This document shows positions 17,652-27,464 of a stretch of 64,000 nt of DNA, one piece after another. Made by a program: the position numbers and the translations under genes. Position 1 is the stretch's first letter, and each line of letters opens with the position of its first letter. The notes under the pieces are model-generated. The model was given only the letters and a program-made list of their open reading frames with translations. It searched no databases and was not told the DNA's origin. Source of the DNA: Pseudomonadota bacterium (GTDB taxonomy: Bacteria > Pseudomonadota > Gammaproteobacteria > Steroidobacterales > Steroidobacteraceae); the NCBI GenBank assembly GCA_021843755.1, contig JAKBWB010000065.1, positions 3,357 through 67,356 of the forward strand. The letters run 5' to 3'.

Positions 17652-17927
17652 ATGGTACTGTTATTTATTAACGCCGCCTTAGGCCAGAGCGGCAAAACTA
17701 CCCTGGCCAGGTACCTCCTCGTTCCCCGTCTCACGGGGGCACTGATGTTCTCCGCAGAATCCAGCACGGCGGACTGCTCACCAATCGCCTCCATCAGCTC
17801 GAACCCTCATGCCTGCCGCCGTCGCCAAGCCCTGCGACCGACGACACGCCGTTCTACGGCTCAGCGACACCCGAGCTGCCGTCATCGCCGGCGATGCGAC
17901 GTCGCTCGCGCACAATCGGCCTCTTGA
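17652..17927 (+). pseudogene. relic of a plasmid/ICE-type P-loop protein (StbB/ParA-like N-terminus only)
   Basis: Sits in a visibly AT-richer stretch (17520-18007). MVLLFINAALGQSGKTTLARYLLVPRLTGALMFSAES resembles, from memory, the N-terminal P-loop of small plasmid stability ATPases. The rest of the ORF is Arg/Cys-rich nonsense. Family assignment is tentative. Confidence 0.3.
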
Positions 17928-18007
17928 CCCCAAAAATTGCGCGGATTTACGTCCCCACCAACAGCAGCCTTGGTCGACGTTCAACTGATTGTTTTTTATG
18001 ATTTTGT

Positions 18008-18052
18008 TGGTGGAAGGGAGGGACTCGAACCCTCGACCCCGGCATTACGAGC
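18008..18052 (-). repeat. partial tRNA-Met copy (3' half, CCA end to anticodon): distal att-like repeat
   Basis: tggtggaagggagggactcgaaccctcgaccccggcattacgag matches the 3' half of the tRNA at 20666-20742. It differs by one missing a and one t-to-c change. The flank just outside it (tcaactgattg...gatttt) also resembles the flank of the intact tRNA (tcaacttattgatttt). Confidence 0.8.
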
Positions 18053-18215
18053 TGGCTGCTCCTCTCAAGACTATCTTAACATTCAATAACTTGCCAAGGG
18101 GCGCCCGTTACGGTTGGCACGACGAAGCACAACCGAGCACGACTGATTCTGCAGAATTCCCGCGCGCCAGCTTGTGGGTCCTGGCTAGCCGCCGAAAGCT
18201 CGCCCGCCGATCTTC

Positions 18216-18244
18216 TTGACCCATCGTATCCATTCGGATACAGT
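18216..18244 (+). promoter_or_regulatory. candidate sigma70-type promoter overlapping a palindromic operator, upstream of the toxin-antitoxin pair
   Basis: TTGACC (18216-18221), a 17-nt spacer, then TACAGT (18239-18244). The perfect inverted repeat GTATCC-attc-GGATAC (18226-18241) lies inside the spacer and -10. The first candidate start codon (GTG 18251) is only 7 nt after the -10. Confidence 0.3.
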
Positions 18245-18250
18245 GCCGCA

Positions 18251-18544
18251 GTGCGGTACCTCGTGAAGCAGACCGTAGGATTCTCAGCCTGGCACATCGG
18301 GCTGCGAGACCTGCGCGCCAAGGTCGCGATTGCCCGCCGGATCGAGCAGGCCGAGAACGGCAACCTGGGCAAGACCCGCTCCGCCGGCAGCGGTGTTTCC
18401 GAGATGAAAATCGATCTCGGCCCTGGATACAGAGTCTATTTCACCGTCCGCGGCCGAGAGGTCATTGTCCTCCTCGCCGGTGGAGATAAATCCTCTCAAA
18501 CGGCTGATATCCGACGAGCCCATGCGCTCGCCAAAAAGGTCTGA
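18251..18544 (+). CDS. type II toxin, RelE/ParE superfamily (addiction module killer protein type)
   Basis: 97 aa. FSAWHIGLRDLRAKVAIARRIEQAENGNLGKTRSAGSGVSEMKIDLGPGYRVYFTVRGREVIVLLAGGDKSSQTADIRRA matches the conserved pattern of this toxin family as I recall it. The antitoxin gene follows 3 bp downstream. Confidence 0.8.
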   Translation: MRYLVKQTVGFSAWHIGLRDLRAKVAIARRIEQAENGNLGKTRSAGSGVSEMKIDLGPGYRVYFTVRGREVIVLLAGGDKSSQTADIRRAHALAKKV

Positions 18545-18547
18545 CTT

Positions 18548-18850
18548 ATGCGCAAGCATCTATCCAAACACGAGAAGCTGATCCCATTCGACATCGCGAC
18601 GATTCTTGATAGCGACGAGGCCATCGCCGAATACCTTTCGCAGGTGATCGAAGACGGTGACAGCAAGGAGTTCATCCGTGCCCTCGGCAACATCGCAAAA
18701 GCCCGAGGCATGACGGAAATTGCGGAGAAGAGCGGGCTGGGCAGGGAGAGTCTTTACAAGGCACTCCGACCCGACGCCTCTCCCCGCTTCGACACCATCC
18801 GCCGGGTATGCTTGGCGCTTGGGGTGAAGCTGCGCGCCGTGGCGGCCTGA
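18548..18850 (+). CDS. type II antitoxin, HTH (HigA-like addiction module antidote protein)
   Basis: 100 aa. The HTH core is ALGNIAKARGMTEIAEKSGLGRESLYKALRPDASPRFDTIRRVCLALGVKL. This is the toxin-first gene order typical of HigBA-like modules. Confidence 0.8.
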   Translation: MRKHLSKHEKLIPFDIATILDSDEAIAEYLSQVIEDGDSKEFIRALGNIAKARGMTEIAEKSGLGRESLYKALRPDASPRFDTIRRVCLALGVKLRAVAA

Positions 18851-18932
18851 CTTCGGGGCGGACTGTCTACGGACTCCTGCGACGCGCGAGCCCCTTGCGT
18901 GGCCAGGGACCGCCCACATGCCACTGAATAGC

Positions 18933-18976
18933 TGGTGGAAGGGAGAGACTCGAACCCTCGACCCCGGCATTATGAG
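18933..18976 (-). repeat. partial tRNA-Met copy (3' half): internal att-like repeat
   Basis: tggtggaagggagagactcgaaccctcgaccccggcattatgag. It lacks the same single a as the 18008 copy relative to the intact tRNA. It also has one g-to-a change. Confidence 0.8.
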
Positions 18977-19115
18977 GCTCGAGGGCGGCGTTTCGGAGGA
19001 GCGTCGCCGATGTGAAGCGAGCGCCAGAAGCAGAGACGGCCAATATCGCGCTCGTGACCGGAAAATCCGTGGGGCGGAAGGCGACCGTTCAGCTAGTCGG
19101 TCAGACAAGAGCCGA

Positions 19116-19843
19116 TCACCGCTTCGCGACGATCTGCACCAGACCTCTGGGACCGGAACTGCGTAGCACGTCGAGGCCGGATTGCTCGAGCACGCGCACG
19201 AGGGTATCGGGCGCAAGCCGCAGTTTCCGATAGTGACTTACGCGTGTCTTCCATATTTCGCCCTGCCGCTCGTGCACGACATCATGCACGAGCATGCATT
19301 CCGGCTCTCCAAAAAGCAGGTGTGAATGCGATCCGCAGCGGCGCGCACAGGAATAAATCGCGCATCCCCCTGCGCAGGGCGTGTGTAGTCCCGGAAGGTC
19401 GTCACGAAGCGGCCGCCCGGCGCCAGAGAATCCGCAACGCGGGAGCAGAGATGCTCGATATCGTCAACGCTCGAAAGGTGCGTCAGCGTGTCTCCCATGC
19501 AGAATATCCACTCTGGACGAACGTCAGGCCACTCGGCAAAAGCGAAAGCGAGCAAGTCCGATCCAACCGTGCGAATATTCAGGCCTTCGCCAAGGTGGCG
19601 CAGCTGCGAGAGAAGCTCTGCCGAAAAGTCGATGGCCGTCACGGCATATCCAAGACGGGCCAGCGGAATCGCATGCATGCCGAACCCAGCACCAAAATCG
19701 AGCGCGTGCGCGCCGTTTGAAGGCGGGACCTTCAAGGCCGAAAGTTCTGCAGCGCCTTGGCTGAAAGCGACCTGGGGTCCGCCGACCATCCATAAATAGA
19801 TCGGCGCCAGCAACTGGGAATAGTGGTCGGATACGGTACCCAT
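19116..19843 (-). pseudogene. class I SAM-dependent methyltransferase interrupted by a frameshift near 19305-19316
   Basis: ORF 19238..19843 carries the SAM-binding motif ALDFGAGFGMHAIPLARLGYAVTAIDFS but ends in an implausible tail (ESRNACSCMMSCTSGRAKYGRHA). Shifting frame at the A5/T5 run (19311-19315) gives GEPECMLVHDVVHERQGEIWKTRVSHYRKLRLAPDTLVRVLEQSGLDVLRSSGPRGLVQIVAKR, ending at stop 19118-19116. That is a typical methyltransferase C-terminus. Confidence 0.7.
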
Positions 19844-19874
19844 TCAGGAGGTATTACGATTCGACGACCGTCCT

Positions 19875-20231
19875 TCACAGGACGAGTTGCGTAACTCGAA
19901 TGCGACCAGGCTCCATGACGACGAAGCGGCTGTACAGGGCATCAGCGCGCTCGGCGAGCAGCTTCACGACAGCATCGGTGAGGGTCGATCGAGCCGATGC
20001 AGGATAGCGGATGAGGATGATACCCGAGTTGTTCTTGGTGGCAGCAAAAACGAGCTGCCCGAAGTCCTTGTCCTCGGTGAGCAGCAATCGACGCTCGGAT
20101 GCTGCAAGCTCGATGACTTTCTCGTCCTCGACGCCGTGCATCCGTTCCGCGATCGAGACGACATCGTGCCCGGCAACGCGTACGCCGACGACGACAGTGA
20201 AGTCGCAGCTCTCGTCGGCGAGTAGTCGCAT
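19875..20231 (-). CDS. DUF5615-type PIN-like putative toxin
   Basis: 118 aa. MRLLADESCDF...GHDVVSI...DEKVIELAASERRLLLTEDKDFGQLVF fits the DUF5615 pattern (LLxDE ... T.DkDFg). It lies directly downstream of a DUF433 gene. Confidence 0.7.
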   Translation of the reverse strand: MRLLADESCDFTVVVGVRVAGHDVVSIAERMHGVEDEKVIELAASERRLLLTEDKDFGQLVFAATKNNSGIILIRYPASARSTLTDAVVKLLAERADALYSRFVVMEPGRIRVTQLVL

Positions 20232-20250
20232 GATCTGCGGCTGAGTCGTC

Positions 20251-20481
20251 TCAGCCAGCGGCAGTCAGGACTTCTTCGTGAGCAAGCGAATCGGCAGCAT
20301 AGCGAAGCGCCGCCTGGAGGTCGGCCGTCGTCAGCCTGGGATACGCCTGCAGCAGCATCTTTTCGTCCGCCCCCTCGGCGAGCTTGCGGACGATCAGCTC
20401 GATCGGAATCCGCGTGCCGCGGATCACCGCTTTGCCCAACATGATCTTGGGATTGATCTCGACTCGGTCGTGGACAGTCAT
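20251..20481 (-). CDS. DUF433-type putative antitoxin
   Basis: Internal ATG at 20481 gives a 76-aa protein. MTVHDRVEINPKIMLGKAVIRGTRIPIELIVRKLAEGADEKMLLQAYPRLTTADLQAALRYA matches the DUF433 pattern as I recall it. The track ORF extends to 20616. Confidence 0.7.
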   Translation of the reverse strand: MTVHDRVEINPKIMLGKAVIRGTRIPIELIVRKLAEGADEKMLLQAYPRLTTADLQAALRYAADSLAHEEVLTAAG

Positions 20482-20665
20482 CGTCGATTCCTTCCTGCCA
20501 GAACCCGGTAAGCGCCTCGACGAGGCGCCCTGCCCATACGGTAGCACTCCGACGGCCGGAGAGCACTTCCGCTCGGATCGCGCGTGCAACTCTCGACAGT
20601 TGCACTTACCACGCACTTACAACCGGATATGCTGGAATTTTGATCCACTCAACTTATTGATTTTA

Positions 20666-20742
20666 TGGTGGAAAGGGAGGGACTCGAACCCTCGACCCCG
20701 GCATTATGAGTGCCGTGCTCTAACCGGCTGAGCTACCTTTCC
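20666..20742 (-). tRNA. tRNA-Met (anticodon CAT), elongator-like; tRNA-Ile2 (lysidine) not excluded
   Basis: The reverse complement is GGAAAGGTAGCTCAGCCGGTTAGAGCACGGCACTCATAATGCCGGGGTCGAGGGTTCGAGTCCCTCCCTTTCCACCA. It folds as a cloverleaf: acceptor GGAAAGG/CCTTTCC, D stem GCTC/GAGC, anticodon stem CGGCA/TGCCG with loop CTCATAA, and T arm GAGGG-TTCGAGT-CCCTC. CCA is encoded. Confidence 0.9.
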
Positions 20743-20837
20743 TCGTAGTCGTCAGGTCCCGCTCCCCAGGCTGATGCGGCAACCGTCGCCTGAAAAGGGA
20801 GCGCATTGTCGACGGGGTGCGCAGGAGGTGTCAACCG

Positions 20838-21932
20838 CTACACATTGAAGCGGAAGTGCACCACATCCCCTTCCTGCATCACATATTCCTTGCCCTCGAG
20901 GCGAAGCTTGCCCGCCTCGCGGGCACCTGCTTCACCCTGGCAGGAGATGTAATCGGTATAGCCGATCACCTCGGCACGGATGAAGCCGTGCTCGAAATCG
21001 GTGTGAATCACGCCTGCGGCCTGCGGGGCCGTGGCGCCGATCGGCACGGTCCATGCCCGCACCTCCTTTTCCCCGGCGGTGAAGAAAGTCTGCAAGCCCA
21101 GCAACCGGTACCCGGCCCGGATCACTCGGTCCAGACTCGGCTCCTGCAGCCCGATCTCGGCGAGAAATGCGGCCCGGTCGGCGGCCTCGAGCTGGGCGAT
21201 TTCCGCTTCGATGGACGCGCAGATCGATACCGTCACGGCCCCTTCAGCGGCGGCGCGTTTCTCGACCGCCGTCAGCAGCGGATTGTCCTTGAAGCCCCCT
21301 TCGACCACATTCGCCACGTACATCACGGGCTTCGCCGTCAGCAGCTGCAAGTCGCGCACGTCATGGCGTTCCTCCCCCGAGAGCTGCATTGCACGAACCG
21401 GTTTCACCTGGTCCAGATGCGCCTTGATCCGCTCGAGCAGCGCCTTCCTGCGCAGCGCCTCCTTGTCCCCACCCTTGGCCGCCTTCGCGGCGCGCTCCAA
21501 GCCTTTGTCCACCGTGGCGAGGTCCGCCAGCGCGAGCTCGGTGTCGATCACCTCCATGTCACTGTTCGGATCGACTCGACCCGTCACGTGCACGATGTCC
21601 GAACTCTCGAAGCAGCGCACCACGTGCGCGATGGCGTCGACCTCGCGGATGTGCGCGAGGAACTGGTTACCCAGACCCTCGCCCTTGGAGGCCCCAGCCA
21701 CCAGACCGGCGATGTCGAGGAACTCCACCGTCGCCGGCACGATACGCTGGGGGTGCACGATCGCAGCCAATGTCTCGAGCCGGCTGTCCGGCACCGGCAC
21801 CATACCCACGTTCGGATCGATGGTGCAGAACGGATAGTTGGCCGCCGCCGCGTTCTGCGCTTGCGTGAGCGCGTTGAACAGCGTCGACTTGCCGACGTTC
21901 GGCAATCCGACGATGCCGCAACGGATTGACAT
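20838..21932 (-). CDS. ychF: ribosome-binding ATPase YchF
   Basis: 364 aa. [23 protein letters not shown] ... C-terminal [19 protein letters not shown]. Conserved ychF-pth synteny. Confidence 0.95.
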   Translation of the reverse strand: MSIRCGIVGLPNVGKSTLFNALTQAQNAAAANYPFCTIDPNVGMVPVPDSRLETLAAIVHPQRIVPATVEFLDIAGLVAGASKGEGLGNQFLAHIREVDAIAHVVRCFESSDIVHVTGRVDPNSDMEVIDTELALADLATVDKGLERAAKAAKGGDKEALRRKALLERIKAHLDQVKPVRAMQLSGEERHDVRDLQLLTAKPVMYVANVVEGGFKDNPLLTAVEKRAAAEGAVTVSICASIEAEIAQLEAADRAAFLAEIGLQEPSLDRVIRAGYRLLGLQTFFTAGEKEVRAWTVPIGATAPQAAGVIHTDFEHGFIRAEVIGYTDYISCQGEAGAREAGKLRLEGKEYVMQEGDVVHFRFNV

Positions 21933-21968
21933 GACTGAACCTCCGAGCCGTCCGGCCGCAACGGCGGA

Positions 21969-22559
21969 TTATTCGGGCGCGGTGCGCGAGTGCAGCCGAT
22001 TCATCGCCTTCTGCGCGCCCTCGTCGAGCAACACCGGCAGCGCATCGGCCGCCGCGCATACCGCCTCGCCGATCAATCCGGCCTCCGGCGCGCTCGGCCG
22101 CCCGAGCACATAATTCATCACGATGGCGCGATCGAACGGGTGTCCGATACCGATCCGCAGCCGCCAGAAAGACTCACCGAGCCGCGCGATGATATCGCGC
22201 AAGCCGTTGTGGCCGCCGGCGCCTCCGCCCTCCTTGAGACGTACGACACCCGGTGGAAAATCAAGGTCATCGTGTGCCACCAGCACTGCAGCCGGCGCGA
22301 TTCTGTAGAAGCTCGCCACACTCTGAACGGAGCTTCCGCTCAGATTCATGTAAGTCAGCGGCTTCAACAGCCACAGCTCCCGTCCCGCGATGAGCGTCCG
22401 GCCGAGTTCGCCCTGATGACGCGATTCGCGCTTCAGCGTGATTCCAGCGCGCCGGGCAAGCTCGTCGACGAACGCGAAGCCCGCATTGTGCCGGGTGTGG
22501 GCGTAGGTGGGGCCCGGATTGCCGAGCCCCACCACGAGCTTGAGCGGCGTGCCCGCCAT
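21969..22559 (-). CDS. pth: peptidyl-tRNA hydrolase
   Basis: 196 aa. LVVGLGNPGPTYAHTRHNAGFAFVDELA and HNGLRDI motifs. Confidence 0.95.
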   Translation of the reverse strand: MAGTPLKLVVGLGNPGPTYAHTRHNAGFAFVDELARRAGITLKRESRHQGELGRTLIAGRELWLLKPLTYMNLSGSSVQSVASFYRIAPAAVLVAHDDLDFPPGVVRLKEGGGAGGHNGLRDIIARLGESFWRLRIGIGHPFDRAIVMNYVLGRPSAPEAGLIGEAVCAAADALPVLLDEGAQKAMNRLHSRTAPE

Positions 22560-22568
22560 GCGTCGCGG

Positions 22569-23294
22569 TTATTTCTTGCCGCCTTCCTTCTTCTGGCCGG
22601 CCTTGCCCGCTTCCGCCGGAGCCGCTTCCGCCGGAGCCGCCGTAGCCGCGGCCGCTCCCGCGGCAGCCGGCGCGCCTTCGGCCGGCGCAGCCGCCGCCTC
22701 TGCGATCGGCTCCGCCTCGGCGACACGCGGGCTGTGGATCGAGACCACCGGAGAGTTGCGATACGCCAGGTGAGGAATACTCACGCCGGAGGGCAACGGA
22801 ATATCCGCCAGAAACTTCGTCTCGTTGATGTTCATCTGCGACAGGTCCAGCTCGAGGTATTCCGGCAGGTCCTTCGGCAGACAGACGATCTCGACATCGG
22901 TGAGCATGTGCGACACGACCCCGCCCTGGGTCTTGACACCGGGGCTGCCCGCCTCACCGGCAAAGTGGATCGGCACGTGCAGGCGGATCGGCTCGTTCTC
23001 CGTCACCCGCTGCAGATCGACGTGCACGATCTGATTCTTCGCCGGGTGCATCTGCACGTCCTTGACTATGGCCTCCTGTGTCCGCTCGCCGATCTTGAGC
23101 TGCACGATCGACGAGTAAAAACGCTCATCGGCGATAACCGTGAGCAACTTGTGATGCTCTAGAGCGAGGGGCTCCGCCTGCGCGTGGCCACCGTACAGAA
23201 TCGCCGGAACCTTGTGCAAGTGACGCAGGCGGCGGCTCGCACCTTTGCCTTGCGCCTCGCGCGGCTCGGCGCTGAAGCTGAATGCAATACGCAT
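22569..23294 (-). CDS. rplY: 50S ribosomal protein L25 (Ctc form) with an Ala/Pro/Glu-rich C-terminal tail
   Basis: REAQGKGASRRLRHLHKVPAILYGG... ATG at 23294 is preceded by GGAGAA. The track ORF starts at a TTG at 23306. Confidence 0.9.
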   Translation of the reverse strand: MRIAFSFSAEPREAQGKGASRRLRHLHKVPAILYGGHAQAEPLALEHHKLLTVIADERFYSSIVQLKIGERTQEAIVKDVQMHPAKNQIVHVDLQRVTENEPIRLHVPIHFAGEAGSPGVKTQGGVVSHMLTDVEIVCLPKDLPEYLELDLSQMNINETKFLADIPLPSGVSIPHLAYRNSPVVSIHSPRVAEAEPIAEAAAAPAEGAPAAAGAAAATAAPAEAAPAEAGKAGQKKEGGKK

Positions 23295-23373
23295 GATGTT
23301 CTCCAATCTACACTGACAACGCGCCGCGACCCGCGACCAGGTCGCAGCACACCAAAAACCTCAACAGTTCCCG

Positions 23374-24330
23374 TCAATCGACGTACAGCGAGCTCACCGA
23401 CTCCTCGTCGCGGATGCGACGGATGGTCTCGGCCAGCAGTCCCGCCACCGACAACTGACGGATGCGCGTGCATTCGCGCGCCGCCTGCGACAGCGGGATG
23501 GTGTCGGTCACCACCAGCTCGTCGAGCACCGAGTCGGTGATGCGGCTCACCGCATCACCCGAGAGCACGGGGTGGGTAATGTACGCCACCACCTTCTGCG
23601 CGCCTTCGTCCTTCAACGCCCTGGCCGCGTGACACAGTGTTCCCGCGGTGTCGATCATGTCATCGACGAGCACGCACACCTTGCCGTCGATGTCGCCGAT
23701 GATATTCATGACCTTCGACTCGTTCGGCCGCGGCCGGCGCTTGTCGATGATTGCCAGGTCCGCGTCGTCGAGCCGCTTGGCGAAGGCGCGCGCGCGCACC
23801 ACGCCCCCGACGTCCGGCGAGACGATCACCACGTTGGTGTACGTCTGCTTCCAGGCGTCGCCGAGCAGCACCGGAGAGGCATACACGTTGTCCACCGGGA
23901 TGTCGAAGAAACCCTGGATCTGATCGGCGTGCAGGTCGACCGTCAGCATCCGGTTGACCCCCGCGATCGACAGCATGTTGGCCACCAGCCGCGCGGTGAT
24001 CGCCGAGCGCGTGGCGCGCGGCCGGCGATCCTGGCGCGAATAGCCGAAATACGGCACGACCGCGGTGATGCGGGCCGCCGAGGCGCGCCGGCAGGCATCC
24101 ACCATCACCAGCAGCTCCATCAAAGTGTCGTTGCCCGGCGGACAGGTCGGCTGCACGATGAACACGTCGCGGCCCCGCACGTTCTCCATCAGCTCGACGT
24201 TGATTTCCCCGTCGCTGAAGCGACCGACGTACGCCCGCCCGAGCCGCGTCTGCAGATGGCGCGCGATGTCCGCCGCGAGATCCGGATTGGCATTGCCGGT
24301 GAACAAGGCTGGCAAGTCGTTCGTGCTCAT
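23374..24330 (-). CDS. prs: ribose-phosphate pyrophosphokinase
   Basis: 318 aa. [35 protein letters not shown] and [14 protein letters not shown] motifs. Confidence 0.95.
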   Translation of the reverse strand: MSTNDLPALFTGNANPDLAADIARHLQTRLGRAYVGRFSDGEINVELMENVRGRDVFIVQPTCPPGNDTLMELLVMVDACRRASAARITAVVPYFGYSRQDRRPRATRSAITARLVANMLSIAGVNRMLTVDLHADQIQGFFDIPVDNVYASPVLLGDAWKQTYTNVVIVSPDVGGVVRARAFAKRLDDADLAIIDKRRPRPNESKVMNIIGDIDGKVCVLVDDMIDTAGTLCHAARALKDEGAQKVVAYITHPVLSGDAVSRITDSVLDELVVTDTIPLSQAARECTRIRQLSVAGLLAETIRRIRDEESVSSLYVD

Positions 24331-24391
24331 GACTGCGCTAGGTCAACCGTAATTCGTGGCGAGCAAATCGCCGCCGTCCAGATCAATTCGG

Positions 24392-24463
24392 CTGGGGTGG
24401 GAGGATTCGAACCTCCGAATGGCGGGATCAAAACCCGCTGCCTTACCTCTTGGCTACACCCCA
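24392..24463 (-). tRNA. tRNA-Gln (anticodon TTG)
   Basis: The reverse complement is TGGGGTGTAGCCAAGAGGTAAGGCAGCGGGTTTTGATCCCGCCATTCGGAGGTTCGAATCCTCCCACCCCAG. The acceptor stem is TGGGGTG/CACCCCA. The anticodon stem is GCGGG/CCCGC with loop TTTTGAT. It is arm-for-arm similar to E. coli tRNA-Gln. CCA is not fully encoded (CCG follows). Confidence 0.9.
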
Positions 24464-24622
24464 AAATCCTCACTCCGATCCCATCGTACTGCCCACACGA
24501 CAGCGCCGGTCTCGCGGCGCCGGCGTCGATTCCGGTCCACCGACGGCGCGCGCCTGCGCACCTGTCAAAACCCGACATCCCGACCGTCATGGCCGATTCC
24601 ACCGTGACGGGCCCGGCCACAG

Positions 24623-25468
24623 CTATGTTGGGAGAAGCGCGCGCAGCGGGGAAACATTCAAACCCCGCGCGATAAAGCTTCGCCACCGATCGGGCACGCG
24701 GGCGGCAATGTGCTGTGCCTCGCTGGAGCTTGCCGCAGGTGCGAAAATGCACGATCCGGTTCCCGTCAGGCGCGCCGGCGCGTGCTGCGCCAGCCAGTCG
24801 AGCGCCTCGGCCACCTCGGGCCATCGCGCGCGCACCACCGGCTCGCAGTCGTTGCGTCCGCCGGCATCGAGAAAGGCGCGTATTGTGATGAGGGGGCTAT
24901 TTCGTGTCAATTCAGGGCTCTGGAACACCTCCCGGGTCGACACGCTCACGTCGGGCCGGATGATCACATACCACCTTTCCGGCAACGCAACCGCTTCGAG
25001 CCGGTCCCCGACGCCTTCCGCCCAGGCCGAAAAACCTCTAACGAATACAGGCACATCCGCCCCGAGCGGCAACCCGATGCGCACCAGATCCTCGACCCCG
25101 AGCCCACACTCCCACAGGTGGTTCAAGGCCAGCAGGACCGTGGCGGCATCGGTACTGCCGCCACCAAGTCCGCCGCCGATCGGGATCCGCTTGTGCACCC
25201 GGATCGAGGCCCCCCGTTGCGAGCCGGTGGCCGCCTGCAGCGCTCGGGCCGCCCGCACTGTCAGATCCGTCTCCGGACCTATCTCCGCCGGACCTTCGGG
25301 CCGCTCGATCCGGCCATCCTCGCGCACCACTATCCTCACCGTGTCGCACAGATCGATGAGCTGAAACAACGTCTGCAGCTCGTGATAACCGTCGGACCGC
25401 CGGCCGGTCACGTGCAGAAACAGGTTGAGCTTGGCCGGCGCCGGCCAGAGGCTCTCGTCAGACCTCAT
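24623..25468 (-). CDS. ispE: 4-diphosphocytidyl-2-C-methyl-D-erythritol kinase
   Basis: [35 protein letters not shown] ... IPIGGGLGGGSTDAA. The start at 25468 forms an ATGA overlap with the lolB stop. An alternative ATG lies at 25480. The track ORF (to 25672) is over-extended. Confidence 0.9.
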   Translation of the reverse strand: MRSDESLWPAPAKLNLFLHVTGRRSDGYHELQTLFQLIDLCDTVRIVVREDGRIERPEGPAEIGPETDLTVRAARALQAATGSQRGASIRVHKRIPIGGGLGGGSTDAATVLLALNHLWECGLGVEDLVRIGLPLGADVPVFVRGFSAWAEGVGDRLEAVALPERWYVIIRPDVSVSTREVFQSPELTRNSPLITIRAFLDAGGRNDCEPVVRARWPEVAEALDWLAQHAPARLTGTGSCIFAPAASSSEAQHIAARVPDRWRSFIARGLNVSPLRALLPT

Positions 25469-26091
25469 TGCAAGTGCCATACGTCCACCACCATCCGCAG
25501 CCGCACGTCGGCGCGTCGCACCGTCAGGAGCCGCGGTAGCCACTCGGCCCCAACCGGCTGGTAAGCGTGGTACAGGACCGACCACCCCGCCTGCTGCAGG
25601 CTCGTGACTTGCTGCGCCTTGTCGATCGACACGTGGGCCGGCAGTGCCGGGTCGGGCACTCCGAGGATCCAATAGCGCAGGCTCGCCAGCGGCGGATCGA
25701 ATCCGAGCTGACGCTGCAGGACCGCGCGCGCTGCGGCGTTGCCCAGATGCCGCCCTCGCGAGGTGATGACGGCCAGATGACCGTCGTTATCGCTCACCTC
25801 GGCCGCGCCGGCGCCCAGCGGTCCACTGAGCGTCATGCGTGTACGCGTCCCGTGCTGGACCCAGAGAATATCGGCGTTGAAACCCCGCTGTCCGACCGCC
25901 ACGGCCACACGCCCTGTCAGGCGGAAACGGCCTAAGGACTGCAGCAGCGGCCGCCGGACTTGCCAGGCGGTAACCGGCGCCGGTGGCACGGGGACCGTCT
26001 GGCAGGCACTGAGGGCCAGGGCGGCGAGCACGGCGCAGGCGGACCACGAGCGCCGCCGGATCACAGCAAGGGATGGCATATGCTGCAGCAC
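25465..26091 (-). CDS. lolB: outer-membrane lipoprotein LolB
   Basis: 208 aa. Lipoprotein signal with lipobox LAALALSAC. Conserved position between prfA (divergent) and ispE. Confidence 0.8.
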   Translation of the reverse strand: MLQHMPSLAVIRRRSWSACAVLAALALSACQTVPVPPAPVTAWQVRRPLLQSLGRFRLTGRVAVAVGQRGFNADILWVQHGTRTRMTLSGPLGAGAAEVSDNDGHLAVITSRGRHLGNAAARAVLQRQLGFDPPLASLRYWILGVPDPALPAHVSIDKAQQVTSLQQAGWSVLYHAYQPVGAEWLPRLLTVRRADVRLRMVVDVWHLQ

Positions 26092-26177
26092 TATATCGCA
26101 CGCCGGTGGGAACGCCTGCCGCCTTGTGGGGCTGGCGGGGATCCCGGAGAATGCCGCGCCCCGTTCAGGCTCACATC

Positions 26178-27260
<1,083 letters not shown>

Positions 27261-27377
27261 GCCGAACCGCACAGCGCGCGCAGCCGCACAATCCGTGTGC
27301 CGGGTGAGATGCCGGCCCGCCACGAGCGACCATCCGCCGCCGCGGCCGGCGCACGCCGCGCCGTGCTGCAGTGAGCC

Positions 27378-27416
27378 CGATCAGGCGGCACAACGCTCAG
27401 CAGCGCCGCCTGATCG
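27378..27416. terminator. stem-loop between convergent prfA and the PPIase gene (possible bidirectional terminator)
   Basis: Perfect 12-bp inverted repeat: CGATCAGGCGGC (27378-27389) and GCCGCCTGATCG (27405-27416), with a 15-nt loop. There is no U-tract, so it is not a canonical intrinsic terminator. Confidence 0.3.
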
Positions 27417-27464
27417 CGGGCGCGCCATCGGGCTCGCCGGCGGCCTGTCAGGCCGAGGGATCGC

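Larger units (their letters stand above)
18008..20742. mobile_element. two tandem, integrase-less islets (degenerate integrative elements) at the 3' end of tRNA-Met
   Basis: Three same-orientation copies of the tRNA-Met 3' half (18008, 18933, 20666) delimit segments of about 0.9 and 1.7 kb. These segments have visibly lower GC. Their cargo is two TA pairs and a broken methyltransferase. No integrase or excisionase was seen. Confidence 0.55.

Noticed and set aside
17652-17927. The 91-aa ORF as an intact gene
   Set aside because: Only the first ~37 residues look like a P-loop protein. The remainder is Arg/Cys/Ser-rich and no frame restores a convincing continuation. It is reported only as a low-confidence relic.
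18560-19216. 218-aa minus-strand ORF spanning the antitoxin gene and the internal tRNA fragment
   Set aside because: It is antisense to a well-supported HTH antitoxin, crosses the att-like repeat and has no motifs. It is a shadow ORF.
22598-22627. Perfect 2 x 15-bp tandem repeat (cgcttccgccggagc) in a very GC-rich stretch
   Set aside because: It lies inside the rplY coding region and encodes part of the low-complexity Ala/Pro/Glu tail (APAEAAPAEA). It is a coding micro-duplication, not a regulatory repeat or CRISPR-like element.
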